Shown one piece after another: positions 9,069 to 18,797 of a stretch of 64,000 nt of DNA. A program made the translations under genes and the position numbers. Below the pieces are notes generated by a model. That model was not told the DNA's origin. It saw only the letters and a list, made by a program, of their open reading frames with translations, and searched no databases. Source of the DNA: an uncultured virus (IMG/VR IMGVR_UViG_3300043411_001204) (Duplodnaviria; Heunggongvirae; Uroviricota; Caudoviricetes); the IMG/VR virus record IMGVR_UViG_3300043411_001204. One strand, written 5' to 3'. The first letter of the stretch is position 1. Each line of letters begins with the position of its first letter.

Positions 9069-11831
9069 ATGTCCAACGCAAGCCCCCTAGACTTCATGCA
9101 GAATGTAGGTCTCACTCAACAGAGGGAGACGCCGAATATTGTGAAGCCTTGGATGAAGTACCATCGATTCGAGGTGGTAAGTACGATTGAGAAGCTTGAG
9201 TGGGTTATTCAGAAGGCCTTTGAGGCTAAGGAGTGCTCCCTTGACCTGGAGACTCAGGGACTGGATACCCGAGTCTACCTCAAGCCTGTCTCAGAGTTGG
9301 AATCCCCTCACGAGATTTGGTGGGACCCAGCATCACCTCCTGCATTAGTCCCTCAATCTGTTCACAAGATTGTGGGCTACTGTCTGTCCTACGATGGCAT
9401 AACGGGGTACTACGTTCCTGTTCGTCACACTGCCCCAGGAGCCGTGAACGTAGACCTTGTGAGAGCTGGGCAGCTTATCTCAAAGCTGTGTCATGCAGCC
9501 CAACCTGAGTTGACAACGGAGGGACTAGCTCAGGACCCCTTAGGCAGCTACTTGATCAAAACTCCAGGTAAGATCAAGCTATACTTTTGGCACGCTAAGT
9601 TCGATCAGGAGCTACTCTACCCGGTGACAGGGATCGACTTTTGGCATCCAGAATCCTATGAGGATGGGATGCTACTGTACTTTGTTAAGTACACTAGCGA
9701 TAAGAACCTAGACCTGAAGCAAAAGTCGCTCAAAGAGCTGTTTGTACGAGACGCTCAAGGGAAGCTCGTAACGGAGAACAACAACGCTATCCCCTACGAG
9801 ATGATCAAGCTGAAAGAGCTGTTCTTGAAGGGGCGAGAGATTGACTTCCCTTCGCTTCACCCAGAAGAGCCAGGTGTAGTTGCTTACGCCTGTTCCGATG
9901 CCATTTGCACGTTCCTGCATTGTAAAAAGCCGGAACTCATCAGTATGACACGGGACCCGAAGTACTTCCCGATGTATCGACTTGAAAAGCAGTCTGCTCA
10001 AGCATTGCGGGGTATGGAGCGCAATCGAGTTAAGCTCGACTTGCCCTACGTGCGATCCTTGTTTGCCGAGGCAAGAATAGAGGCAGATGGCTACCGAAAT
10101 CAAATCGTTACGCTCGCTAGCGAGTATGGCTTTCCTGACTTCGACCCACAGTCTCCAGCTCAGTTGGCGGAGTTTCTATTCAAGTCCCCAAGTGGCTTGA
10201 AGATCGAGCCCAAACCAGAGCAAACCCCTAGTGGTCAGTACAAAACGGACGCTGATACCCTAGAGAAAATCGTACTAGAGAACTCAGGTGTCAATCCAAT
10301 CCTTCTTGTGGTGGTCAAGTACCGACAAGTGGAAAAGGTTATTGGTACCTACTTGGAGGCTATGGTCGCTAATTGCGATGCCAACGATGAGGCCAGGGTG
10401 CAATTCAAGCAAACAGGAGCTGCAACCGGGCGTATCTCAGCTCCTGGTGGCGACCCCAAACACGGATACTGTGGGTTCCCTCCTCACGGTATTCCGAGCA
10501 CCTACGATGACAAGAAGCCAAAGGTAGCTACATGCCTAAGGCAAGCGTTCATTGCTCGACCGGGCTACACGATGGTGAAGGTCGACTTCGCTGGAGAAGA
10601 GCTTAGGATTGTAACCAACCTATCTCAGGAGCCTGTCTGGATCAAAGAGTTCTTGGAGGGGACCGGGGACCTCCATACGATTACAGCAAAGGCGTTCTTC
10701 AACAAGGAAGACATCACAAAACAGGAACGCCAGCAAGGTAAGATTGCCAACTTCTCTCTCGTTTACGGAGGTGGAGTGCGGGCGATTATGAACGCAACGG
10801 GTTGCAACCAACCTGAGGCAGGTCGTAGGAAGCTAAACTTCGACAAGTCCATGCCAAGGTTTGCTGGTTGGGTCACACTCCAGAAGAAGTACATTCACGA
10901 ACACAAGGGAGTGAAAACTGCTTTTGGTCGATGGATTGCGACACCTCAGGTTGACAGCGAGGATAAGGCTCTAGTAGGTGCCGCAGAGCGCTGGTCGATC
11001 AACTACCCGATCCAAGGGTCTGGCGCGGATATCATGAAAATGGCCATGGTTCTCCTACACAAGGAGTTCTACAGGCTAGGGTGGTACGCTCAAGATGCCA
11101 TTCGAATGCTGTTGACTGTTCATGACGAGATTGTCTTCGAGGTGAAGCACCATCTTGTACCAGAGGCCATGCCGATCATTGAGGAGCTAATGACTCGTCC
11201 AGGTCGGATGGCTCGATGGCAGGTCCCTCTTGAGGTGGAGCCCCTGATTGACTCTACTTGGGATGCTAAGTATGACTACCACAAGATTCTCCATGGCTCC
11301 TTCAAGCCACCAAAGGATGGGGATAAGCTAAAGGACCTAGACCTCCGAGTGGGTAATTACATCTTCCACAAGGTGCCCGCTTGGTTGGAAGGCATTGTTA
11401 TCCCAGATTGGCAGCGTGAGGGTTGGGACCCTAACGCAAAGCAGCAGAAGACGTTAGGGGCTCCAATTGCTGGAATTGTAACTCATTCAACCGTACAAGT
11501 TCCGTCCCCGATACAAGCTCCAGCACAAGCTAAGGTCCTGGCCCCTTCAGCGCCCCCACCTACGAACCCAGTAGAGGCTAGCGCACCGGAGAAAGAGTCT
11601 CCTCCTCTTAGTGAGGATGACATATTTGTCTACCCTATCTACACTCTTACCGAATTCACGATGCGGAAGGTGGCGGCTATCTGCATAGAGCTACTCGACG
11701 ATGGGGACTGTAAAGTGCTCCACCTAGTCTCTGTAAAGGACCCTGGTCAGTACGTCCTAATTGACGCTAGTCTTGGCATTCGAGTCAATCCAGAAAGTTT
11801 TGGTCGTCTAATGCGCGATCGTGGGCTATAG
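9069..11831 (+). CDS. polA: Family A DNA polymerase with 3'-5' exonuclease domain
   Basis: DLETQG (exo I), YACSDA (exo III), TGRIS, DFAGEELR (A), RQQGKIANFSLVYG (B), NYPIQGSGAD, VHDE (C). Confidence 0.95.
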   Translation: MSNASPLDFMQNVGLTQQRETPNIVKPWMKYHRFEVVSTIEKLEWVIQKAFEAKECSLDLETQGLDTRVYLKPVSELESPHEIWWDPASPPALVPQSVHKIVGYCLSYDGITGYYVPVRHTAPGAVNVDLVRAGQLISKLCHAAQPELTTEGLAQDPLGSYLIKTPGKIKLYFWHAKFDQELLYPVTGIDFWHPESYEDGMLLYFVKYTSDKNLDLKQKSLKELFVRDAQGKLVTENNNAIPYEMIKLKELFLKGREIDFPSLHPEEPGVVAYACSDAICTFLHCKKPELISMTRDPKYFPMYRLEKQSAQALRGMERNRVKLDLPYVRSLFAEARIEADGYRNQIVTLASEYGFPDFDPQSPAQLAEFLFKSPSGLKIEPKPEQTPSGQYKTDADTLEKIVLENSGVNPILLVVVKYRQVEKVIGTYLEAMVANCDANDEARVQFKQTGAATGRISAPGGDPKHGYCGFPPHGIPSTYDDKKPKVATCLRQAFIARPGYTMVKVDFAGEELRIVTNLSQEPVWIKEFLEGTGDLHTITAKAFFNKEDITKQERQQGKIANFSLVYGGGVRAIMNATGCNQPEAGRRKLNFDKSMPRFAGWVTLQKKYIHEHKGVKTAFGRWIATPQVDSEDKALVGAAERWSINYPIQGSGADIMKMAMVLLHKEFYRLGWYAQDAIRMLLTVHDEIVFEVKHHLVPEAMPIIEELMTRPGRMARWQVPLEVEPLIDSTWDAKYDYHKILHGSFKPPKDGDKLKDLDLRVGNYIFHKVPAWLEGIVIPDWQREGWDPNAKQQKTLGAPIAGIVTHSTVQVPSPIQAPAQAKVLAPSAPPPTNPVEASAPEKESPPLSEDDIFVYPIYTLTEFTMRKVAAICIELLDDGDCKVLHLVSVKDPGQYVLIDASLGIRVNPESFGRLMRDRGL

Positions 11832-11840
11832 TCGAAGAGC

Positions 11841-12425
11841 ATGGACCGTAAAGACTATCTTGGGGAGTGTAACGAATTCCGCCTACCTTTGGCCGAATTC
11901 CAGGAGACCTTCTGCCAAAGGTGCTCGCAACCCGAATGCACAAGGAGTCTCTACGGTACCTCGCTTTTTGACCGTCGTGTAAATACCTGGCACGAACGGT
12001 TGTTCTCTGCGGTCCCTAAGATGGACTCTAGCGATCCAAGATTCTCTGCGATAGCTACCAAGAAGTTCATTCTAATCGACCCTAGCCCTCCTTATGAGGT
12101 AGCCTCTTGGGTGGAGCCTTCCCAGGAGGTTGTAAAGGTCGATGGTACGGACCCTGGTACGAGCAAGAAGCCATCGGAAGAGGTTCAGGAGGTTCAGGTA
12201 CCTCAAGTCCTCCCAACCCCACCTACCCCAACCCAGGAACCTCCAAGGGTTCTCGGGTTGGGTGGGTTAAATACTCCTAATCATGGGGGTAAGTTCATAG
12301 GAGGGGGGCCTCCAGTGGCTCCTCCGACTCGGGATCCTTGGGCTGCCCCAACGGCACCTAAGGGGGACGTAGTAAAAAAAGGTGCGATTATTCGGCTCGG
12401 GGGCGATCGTGGTGGTGTAAAGTAG
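11841..12425 (+). CDS. Hypothetical protein (Cys cluster, Pro-rich tail)
   Basis: FCQRCSQPECTRS; 194 aa. Confidence 0.65.
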   Translation: MDRKDYLGECNEFRLPLAEFQETFCQRCSQPECTRSLYGTSLFDRRVNTWHERLFSAVPKMDSSDPRFSAIATKKFILIDPSPPYEVASWVEPSQEVVKVDGTDPGTSKKPSEEVQEVQVPQVLPTPPTPTQEPPRVLGLGGLNTPNHGGKFIGGGPPVAPPTRDPWAAPTAPKGDVVKKGAIIRLGGDRGGVK

Positions 12426-12456
12426 AGCAGCAACCCACGGATAGAGGTAAGGGAAG

Positions 12457-12630
12457 ATGGAATTTACGACGTTGATTAAGCCGGACGGTAAGGTAGTGGT
12501 GGAGGTTACAGACCGCCAAGAGCACCTGTGTGCTGAGATCTACAAGGTCACCAATCGAATGGGGACTCAGCTCTCAGATGAGGAGCTTCCAGATTGCGCC
12601 TCTACTGTCCGTGAAACCACGAGCACCTAA
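12457..12630 (+). CDS. DUF2997-like small protein (not in ORF track)
   Basis: Manual translation MEFTTLIKPDGKVVVEV...HLCAEI; precedes DUF1257 and Ycf46. Confidence 0.65.
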   Translation: MEFTTLIKPDGKVVVEVTDRQEHLCAEIYKVTNRMGTQLSDEELPDCASTVRETTST

Positions 12631-12641
12631 AAGGAAACAAC

Positions 12642-12974
12642 ATGTCACATCGAGTAACTGTCCAGACTGCAATCACAAACAAGGATTTTGCTGTGGCTGC
12701 TATGACTCAGCTGAAGATCCAACATCGGGTGGAAGGGTCCACCATCCACCTCACCTCAGGGAACTTTGCGGGTTCTAGGTTGGACCTGACTACGGGTGAG
12801 TTGGTAAGTGGTGACACGGACCACGTCCGAGTGACGACGGAGACCTTTGGGGTACTACGTCAGACCTACGCAGAGGCTCAATACCGTGCCGAAGCCTTTC
12901 AGCAGGGTATTGACATTCTTGGTCGAGAAGTCCTCAAGGACGGTACGATCAAGCTTGTTTGTCGAATGGCCTGA
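12642..12974 (+). CDS. DUF1257/Ycf35-like protein
   Basis: MSH start, LRQTYA, terminal DGTIKLV; gene context. Confidence 0.7.
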   Translation: MSHRVTVQTAITNKDFAVAAMTQLKIQHRVEGSTIHLTSGNFAGSRLDLTTGELVSGDTDHVRVTTETFGVLRQTYAEAQYRAEAFQQGIDILGREVLKDGTIKLVCRMA

Positions 12975-13000
12975 ACCTTCTTAGTCAGTTGGTGTAGTAA

Positions 13001-13042
13001 GAAGCTCATCTTCCTTTCGAAGAAGGTGAGCTTTCACTTTTT
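13001..13042 (+). terminator. Intrinsic terminator-like hairpin
   Basis: GAAGCTCATCTTC...GAAGGTGAGCTTT followed by T-run. Confidence 0.55.
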
Positions 13043-13066
13043 ACGGTACCTCAAAACGAGATCCAA

Positions 13067-14638
13067 ATGAACCCCGAGCTAATTCAACATCTGAGTGCGT
13101 ACACTAGGGCTATTTTCTACGTAACCGACGAAGAGGATAGGTTCATCATTGAGTTGCAAGAAGTGCTAAAGCAGCGTCAGGCCTGGGTGTACAATGGAGC
13201 CTTTGGGCTTCAGCCTATCGCAGATATTCAAGCGGATTGGGAAAACTTGACCCACAATGTCTCGAATGTCCCTACGATCCATGACGCTCTCGTCAAAATG
13301 TACAAGGACAACCCTAAGGGCAAGGAGCACTTCTACGTAATCACAGACCCAGACCGTTGGTTCAAGGATGAGCTTGTACATCGTCGAGTTCTCAACCTCA
13401 TCCACCAAGGCCATCAAAATAAGTTTGTGGTCAAGGTCATGATCTTTGTGGGACCTCGTAAGTCAATCCCAGAAAAGCTTCAGCGGTACTTTACCGTTAT
13501 CCATGATACTGGGCTAGATACGAGTCAGACAAAGGCCCTTGTCGGCAAGATCTCGGCAATGATCAAGATACCCAAGACAGATGCCCAACCGAATGAGGCT
13601 CAGCTATTCAGGGGTATGACTTCGTACGAGATTGAGGAGTCTATTACCCTGTCCGCATACCACACGCGTAAGAATGCGGGAGGTAGACAGATTGATCCCA
13701 CATTCATTCAGGCGTACAAGCGAAATCAACTACGAAAGACTGACCTAGTTCAATATGTCGAGACCACCAAGGACTCCTTTGACAAAATCGGCGGGGCTGA
13801 CCGATTCAAGAGCTGGGCAAGGAAGACGAAAGCATGTTGGACCGAAAAGGGGCAAGCCTTTGGTCTAAGGCCACCCCGAGGCGTTCTGCTTGTTGGGGTC
13901 TATGGTTGCGGGAAGAGTATCAGCGCCAAGGCCATGGCAAATGAATGGGACCTTCCCCTGGTGCAATTCGAGATGGGGAAGCTTAGGTCTTCAGGCGTTG
14001 GAGACTCAGAGGCTAACCTCTATAGGGCCCTACGCGTTGTAGAGAGCGTAGCCCCGTGTGTGTTGTGGATTGACGAAGCGGAGAAGAGCCTAGCGGGTAG
14101 TCAGTCCTCTGCCCAATCTGATGCAGGTACGACATCTAGACTTCTTGGCATTCTGTCTACCTGGACGCAGGAGTCGAAGGCGCCAATTTGCATCGTCATG
14201 ACAGCGAATAGCCTCAAGTCTCTTCCAGTAGAGATGGTGAATCGTATGCCACAGCGGTTTTTCTTTGACCTCCCCAACGAGGAAGACCGAATTGACATTC
14301 TGAAGATCCACGGAGCTGCGGCTGGTCAGGATCTAACCACGTTCAATCTCGTGGACCTAGCAGAGAAGGCGAAGAGTTTGGTAGGTCGCGAGATTGAGCA
14401 GGCTATCCAGGAAGCGATGATGGAGTCCTATACGAAGGGCAAGCCAGGGCTAGACGAAGACATCCTAGCTACGGAGCTTGCACATAGGCCTCGTATCATC
14501 AAAACTATGACGGATGAGATCCAGGAAGTTCTGGCGTGGGTTGGTTATGACCCTGAGGTAGACGACGGAATTCGTGCTAGGTTGGCGTCGAGTCATCGTA
14601 GCGAGCAGTTCAATGTGACTTTGGGTGGTACCCCATAG
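13067..14638 (+). CDS. Ycf46-family AAA+ ATPase
   Basis: PRGVLLVGVYGCGKS, VGDSEAN, APCVLWIDEAEK, SDAGTTSR. Confidence 0.85.
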   Translation: MNPELIQHLSAYTRAIFYVTDEEDRFIIELQEVLKQRQAWVYNGAFGLQPIADIQADWENLTHNVSNVPTIHDALVKMYKDNPKGKEHFYVITDPDRWFKDELVHRRVLNLIHQGHQNKFVVKVMIFVGPRKSIPEKLQRYFTVIHDTGLDTSQTKALVGKISAMIKIPKTDAQPNEAQLFRGMTSYEIEESITLSAYHTRKNAGGRQIDPTFIQAYKRNQLRKTDLVQYVETTKDSFDKIGGADRFKSWARKTKACWTEKGQAFGLRPPRGVLLVGVYGCGKSISAKAMANEWDLPLVQFEMGKLRSSGVGDSEANLYRALRVVESVAPCVLWIDEAEKSLAGSQSSAQSDAGTTSRLLGILSTWTQESKAPICIVMTANSLKSLPVEMVNRMPQRFFFDLPNEEDRIDILKIHGAAAGQDLTTFNLVDLAEKAKSLVGREIEQAIQEAMMESYTKGKPGLDEDILATELAHRPRIIKTMTDEIQEVLAWVGYDPEVDDGIRARLASSHRSEQFNVTLGGTP

Positions 14639-14656
14639 TACAGGAGTCATGAAGAA

Positions 14657-14872
14657 GTGAACGAACACCCATATAGAGTGTCTGCTGTAAAGGAGCCCCA
14701 GAAAATGTCTGACAAAGAATTCTCGTACAGACAGACTCGCGTAGCGTTTATCTGTGCCTGCATCGCGTTCATTGCGCTCGTGGTCAGTGTTACGACATGT
14801 AATATGCGGTCAGATGTGATGGAGCTGAAGGTACTTAGAGAGCGAAACATGACGTGCCTATGTGGAAAGTGA
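14657..14872 (+). CDS. Small single-pass membrane protein
   Basis: VAFICACIAFIALVVSV hydrophobic stretch. Confidence 0.55.
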   Translation: MNEHPYRVSAVKEPQKMSDKEFSYRQTRVAFICACIAFIALVVSVTTCNMRSDVMELKVLRERNMTCLCGK

Positions 14873-14896
14873 TACCCGACAATCAGGGAGACTAGA

Positions 14897-16207
14897 ATGG
14901 GAAGCTGTAAAGGAGAGTTGTGCTCGGGTTGTGTCGAGTGCGACCTAAACGTAGTACCTGAATCGATCGTTTGGAAAAAGGCATTAGAGTTCCTTGATCG
15001 GCAGGGAATGAACTCTGAAGCTACGTTGCAAGCAGCCGCGAAGACAGCTTCAAGCATGGTCCCTAGGGCCTCTTCATTCGAAGTCGAGGTTAAGAGTAAA
15101 GCAAACCCTGCTGCTGGTATTCTACGTCAGGTACGAGTAGTGATTCAGCAGCCTGAGGTTGCTGAGCTATTCAAGAGTACTCCTATGGAGGCACTTCCAG
15201 GCAAGTTGTTAGCTCACCTCCAGAAGGCTTTTACGGAGTACGGATACCATACAGAGGTACTACAGGACGCCGTAACTTACATCCTAGACGAGTTCGTACA
15301 GATTGGGGATAGTGTCCTTCTAATCTCTCCTCATACCGGTCGAGCTATCGCCCGACTTACAGAGGAGGATATCTACCAACCTCAGTCGGTACCCAGAGAG
15401 CATGGAGGTATGGCCGTACCTGCAAAGAGGCTACGTCCAGAGCTGGAGGGGTTCCTTGTACACTACTCATTCGAACGAGTAAGAGAGCAAGATGACCTTG
15501 ATCGGATTAGCTTACGAGTCCCACACGCTACAGATCTCGTAAGAGAGATGGGCGACCCTCGTCTACTGTTCACTACGTTGAACGGTAGACAAGAGATCCG
15601 TCACCAAATTGCAGAGATTCTTCCGAACTTACTTGACACTGCGAAAAGGTCTAGGCTTTCACCAGCCAGCTACCTTCTAACTAGGTTTCTACCCCCCTCC
15701 GATCAAGAGCTACTCAGAGGACCTGACTTTACTGTTGAAGTTGGAAGTAGGTACAGAACCCCGTTAGTCGATGCAACTGCACGTAACCTGAACTTTGATG
15801 TAAAGCGGGTTGTTCTGGAGTCCACTGTTACCTCTTGGACGAGAGAGCTTGCGACGAACATCCTTGCTAGGCTAGGCTCAGAGTTCTCGCATAACATGAC
15901 GGAGTGGATGGGTAGCCCAGACCACACAAACATCATGTTCGTTATGTCTCCAAATACCGCGAAGCACCTAAGTCCTGACCGGCCAACTCTTGTCGTCAAC
16001 CAATTTCGAGACGGAGTTGTTCTTGGGGTAGAAGGGCCCGTCCTGGGGGCTCTTCGTGTACAAGACACTGGGATAGACACTAGGGAAGTTCACGATAGGT
16101 GGACCGCTACTACATATGCTAAGGTAGACGTTTGGCTTGACACTTCAAGATTTGCAGTGTTCGAGGTCAAAGATGTTCCGGTCTCTGGCGTAACGGTAGA
16201 GGGCTAA
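14897..16207 (+). CDS. Hypothetical protein (436 aa)
   Basis: Long ORF with SD; N-terminal Cys cluster. Confidence 0.7.
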   Translation: MGSCKGELCSGCVECDLNVVPESIVWKKALEFLDRQGMNSEATLQAAAKTASSMVPRASSFEVEVKSKANPAAGILRQVRVVIQQPEVAELFKSTPMEALPGKLLAHLQKAFTEYGYHTEVLQDAVTYILDEFVQIGDSVLLISPHTGRAIARLTEEDIYQPQSVPREHGGMAVPAKRLRPELEGFLVHYSFERVREQDDLDRISLRVPHATDLVREMGDPRLLFTTLNGRQEIRHQIAEILPNLLDTAKRSRLSPASYLLTRFLPPSDQELLRGPDFTVEVGSRYRTPLVDATARNLNFDVKRVVLESTVTSWTRELATNILARLGSEFSHNMTEWMGSPDHTNIMFVMSPNTAKHLSPDRPTLVVNQFRDGVVLGVEGPVLGALRVQDTGIDTREVHDRWTATTYAKVDVWLDTSRFAVFEVKDVPVSGVTVEG

Positions 16208-16483
16208 GTGCATTACTCTTTTGTTGTTCGGTCCGAATTCGAGGTTGACCTCCCAGAATATCTTCTGACCATAGGAGAGGGGGTGGATACTTTCCATGTC
16301 GTACTACTCAACGAATCACTTGAGGCCTTCAAGGCGAAGTTGGCAGGCTATGGGGTCCAAGTGCTCCAGGCCCATCAACTCGATGGCCTTGCGCCTGTCC
16401 CTTCCGTGGAAGTCTTTGAGGCTCAACTAGCAGGAAGCGTCACCCCACTGCTTGGGGCTCGGGACCCTGGAGACGCAAAGTGA
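16208..16483 (+). CDS. Hypothetical protein
   Basis: Abutting ORF. Confidence 0.55.
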   Translation: MHYSFVVRSEFEVDLPEYLLTIGEGVDTFHVVLLNESLEAFKAKLAGYGVQVLQAHQLDGLAPVPSVEVFEAQLAGSVTPLLGARDPGDAK

Positions 16484-16698
16484 GATCCTTTCAAGCTGGA
16501 GATTACTACCAAGCTCTATTCTTATTCACGGGTGGGCGTCATGTCCTGATTGGACAGGTATCTCTACTGCTGAGTTGTTCTATAGCTGAGGCAGAGAGCC
16601 TTCTTGAGACGCTCCGTAGCGAAGGGTTAGTTAGACTTTTGACCGTACCTGAGGCTCGCCTGCAAGGAATTACGCATGGCTACTGCTTGCTGGTGTAG
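16480..16698 (+). CDS. Small protein, possibly winged HTH
   Basis: CSIAEAESLLETLRSEGLV resembles a wHTH recognition helix. Confidence 0.45.
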   Translation: MRSFQAGDYYQALFLFTGGRHVLIGQVSLLLSCSIAEAESLLETLRSEGLVRLLTVPEARLQGITHGYCLLV

Positions 16699-16707
16699 TA
16701 AGTTGGG

Positions 16708-16980
16708 GTGAGCCTTCGTAAGCGCAAAGCAAACTTGATTCGAGTGCTACAAGCCCACCAGGTATCGAAGTGCCTCACGGCAGAGCAAGTCGAAGTCTTC
16801 GCTCGGATGTACTCTCACTGTAAGAGTGAGAAAGAGCAAGACGAGGTTACGGCCGTAGTTCGTCAGGTGTTCGATGGTTGGAAAACAGACACGGACAGGT
16901 TCTCAAGGATGTTGCAGAATGAGCAGGTTGAAGACTGTGATCTTGCTGTTAACATCCCCCCTCATGCTCGTTGGAAGTAG
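16708..16980 (+). CDS. Hypothetical protein
   Basis: 90 aa, GGTGTA 10 nt upstream. Confidence 0.55.
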   Translation: MSLRKRKANLIRVLQAHQVSKCLTAEQVEVFARMYSHCKSEKEQDEVTAVVRQVFDGWKTDTDRFSRMLQNEQVEDCDLAVNIPPHARWK

Positions 16981-16982
16981 TT

Positions 16983-17549
16983 ATGCGTAAGTTAAGATTT
17001 CTTGTGGATGTTGACGAAGTACTAGCGGACTTCCGCACTCCAGCGTTAGAGGTAATGTCCTCGGTTATGGGGCAACGTTACTCTATCGAGGACTTTGAGG
17101 TCTGGGACATCTTCTCTACCCTAGAGGGGCCGAGGAAAGACTTGGTCCTAGCTATCATAGACAAGCAGGGGTTCTGCCACGACTTGCAGCCCTTCCCAGA
17201 AGCTCAGAAGGCTATTGCAGAGCTTCAGACGATGTTTGATGTCTACGTGGTCACCAGCCCGTATCACAGTCTAAGCTGGGTCTATGAACGTAACCTATGG
17301 CTAAAGACCCACTACGGGTTCGAAAAAAGCCAGGTTGTTCATACCTCGGCTAAGTATCTGGTTCGAGGTGACATCTTTCTTGACGATAAGCCAGAGCACG
17401 TAGAGTCTTGGGCGAAGGAAAACCCTCAGGGGCTTGGAATGCTTTGGCATACCCCCAATACTCGTGGGTTGGGGTTGGATCACTTACGAGTACGGTCTTG
17501 GGAGGAAGTCCTAACGAAGGTTAAGGCTTTTGCGGGGAGCCAGTGCTGA
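16983..17549 (+). CDS. 5'(3')-deoxyribonucleotidase (NT5C, HAD family)
   Basis: VDVDEVLAD, VVTSP, K, FLDDKP motifs. Confidence 0.88.
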   Translation: MRKLRFLVDVDEVLADFRTPALEVMSSVMGQRYSIEDFEVWDIFSTLEGPRKDLVLAIIDKQGFCHDLQPFPEAQKAIAELQTMFDVYVVTSPYHSLSWVYERNLWLKTHYGFEKSQVVHTSAKYLVRGDIFLDDKPEHVESWAKENPQGLGMLWHTPNTRGLGLDHLRVRSWEEVLTKVKAFAGSQC

Positions 17550-17770
17550 GGGTTATCATCAACGTAATTGCTTGGGTAGCAGAGCATGTAACGATACTCA
17601 GGTTGCTTTGGGTGATAGCTGTACTGACCCTCATTTGGCTTAATTTCTTCGTTGACTGGAAGCCATCCCCACCAGCTCCATGTACTTCCTACTCGGATAC
17701 CAATCGTGAGCACGTTCCCGCCAGATGTTTCTCTGACTTCCTAGGTAAAGATAGTGGGACTCATGAGTGA
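17543..17770 (+). CDS. Small membrane protein
   Basis: Hydrophobic LLWVIAVLTLIWLNFF. Confidence 0.5.
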   Translation: MLRVIINVIAWVAEHVTILRLLWVIAVLTLIWLNFFVDWKPSPPAPCTSYSDTNREHVPARCFSDFLGKDSGTHE

Positions 17771-17924
17771 GAGGCATCCGTTTAATTACGACTGTCACTG
17801 TATCGCATGTCGTGTGGGGAGAGCCGTCCTAGAGAGGGACATCGCAAATCTTCGTCCCATTGCACGCGACAGATGGATCGAGGCACAGGGAAAAGCTGCG
17901 TGGGCAGCAAGGGTAAACTCATGA
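17763..17924 (+). CDS. Small Cys/His protein (53 aa, not in ORF track)
   Basis: MSERHPFNYDCHCIACRVG...; its stop overlaps the next ATG (ATGA). Confidence 0.5.
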   Translation: MSERHPFNYDCHCIACRVGRAVLERDIANLRPIARDRWIEAQGKAAWAARVNS

Positions 17925-18547
17925 ACTCCTCAGGCATTATCAATCTAGATGACCTACTTGGGGGAGGGTACCCCAAGGGGATTACGTGTATTAGTGGACC
18001 TAGAGGTTCGGGCAAAACTCAATTGCTACTAGCTGCGGCACAAGCTGCTTTGGCGAATGACGTACCTGTAGTCTTTTTCTCCTTTGACGCGGACCTGAGG
18101 TTGGGTGTTATCCCCAAAGCTTCGGCTTTGGGTAAGGTCTATTCCAGGATTGACACCTTAGATGAGGCAGTCAAGAGGTTAGTGGGGCATGACCCGGAGA
18201 CCTTGGTCCTTATGGATGGGGTTCACAAGGCTTTTGTGTACAAAGGGCCTGATGCGGGTACGGTAGAGGACGGAAGTAGAGTCCTTAAGGCACGATGGTT
18301 TAACGACCAAGTATCTACGTTGCGCAAGTTTTCTAGTGTAATCTTGACCTCAGAGGTGGTCCTACACTATAAGGCTCTGACTCACGCTACGAGTACTGCC
18401 ATTGAGCTAAAGATCAGTGGTAATTCGGATGTTACCGCACACATAACCAAAAATCTAGGGGGCCAGACAGGGAGCTTACCCTTGGTGTTCAGGGGCCATG
18501 GGCAAGTGCTCCCAATGGAGATACGTAGCCGATTTGAAAGATTTTGA
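17921..18547 (+). CDS. RecA/KaiC-superfamily ATPase, short and divergent
   Basis: SGIINLDDLLGGGYPKG, GPRGSGKT, VLMDG. Confidence 0.75.
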   Translation: MNSSGIINLDDLLGGGYPKGITCISGPRGSGKTQLLLAAAQAALANDVPVVFFSFDADLRLGVIPKASALGKVYSRIDTLDEAVKRLVGHDPETLVLMDGVHKAFVYKGPDAGTVEDGSRVLKARWFNDQVSTLRKFSSVILTSEVVLHYKALTHATSTAIELKISGNSDVTAHITKNLGGQTGSLPLVFRGHGQVLPMEIRSRFERF

Positions 18548-18557
18548 GGGTCAAGGA

Positions 18558-18788
18558 ATGAGTGACTTGAGTGCAGCTGAGATTCAGGAGCTTGAGCGAT
18601 TGCGCCTACTGGCATTGCAGCATCCCTACGACCCTGAGCTTGCAAGTATACGATCGGGTAATGGTGGGGAGTACGCACCAGATATGCGAGGCTGGACCCC
18701 AAACGAGGATGCAGAGTTCAGGTACCATGCTGCTTTGGTCAAAGCGGCTCCTAGGCTACTCGCTGAAGTGCTACGTAGAAGAAAGTAA
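18558..18788 (+). CDS. Hypothetical phage protein
   Basis: DAEF...AAPRLLAEV motif common in small phage proteins. Confidence 0.55.
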   Translation: MSDLSAAEIQELERLRLLALQHPYDPELASIRSGNGGEYAPDMRGWTPNEDAEFRYHAALVKAAPRLLAEVLRRRK

Positions 18789-18797
18789 GGTAAGCAG

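Noticed and set aside
17921..18547. True recA gene
   Set aside because: Only ~208 aa and lacks RecA signature segments; superfamily call only
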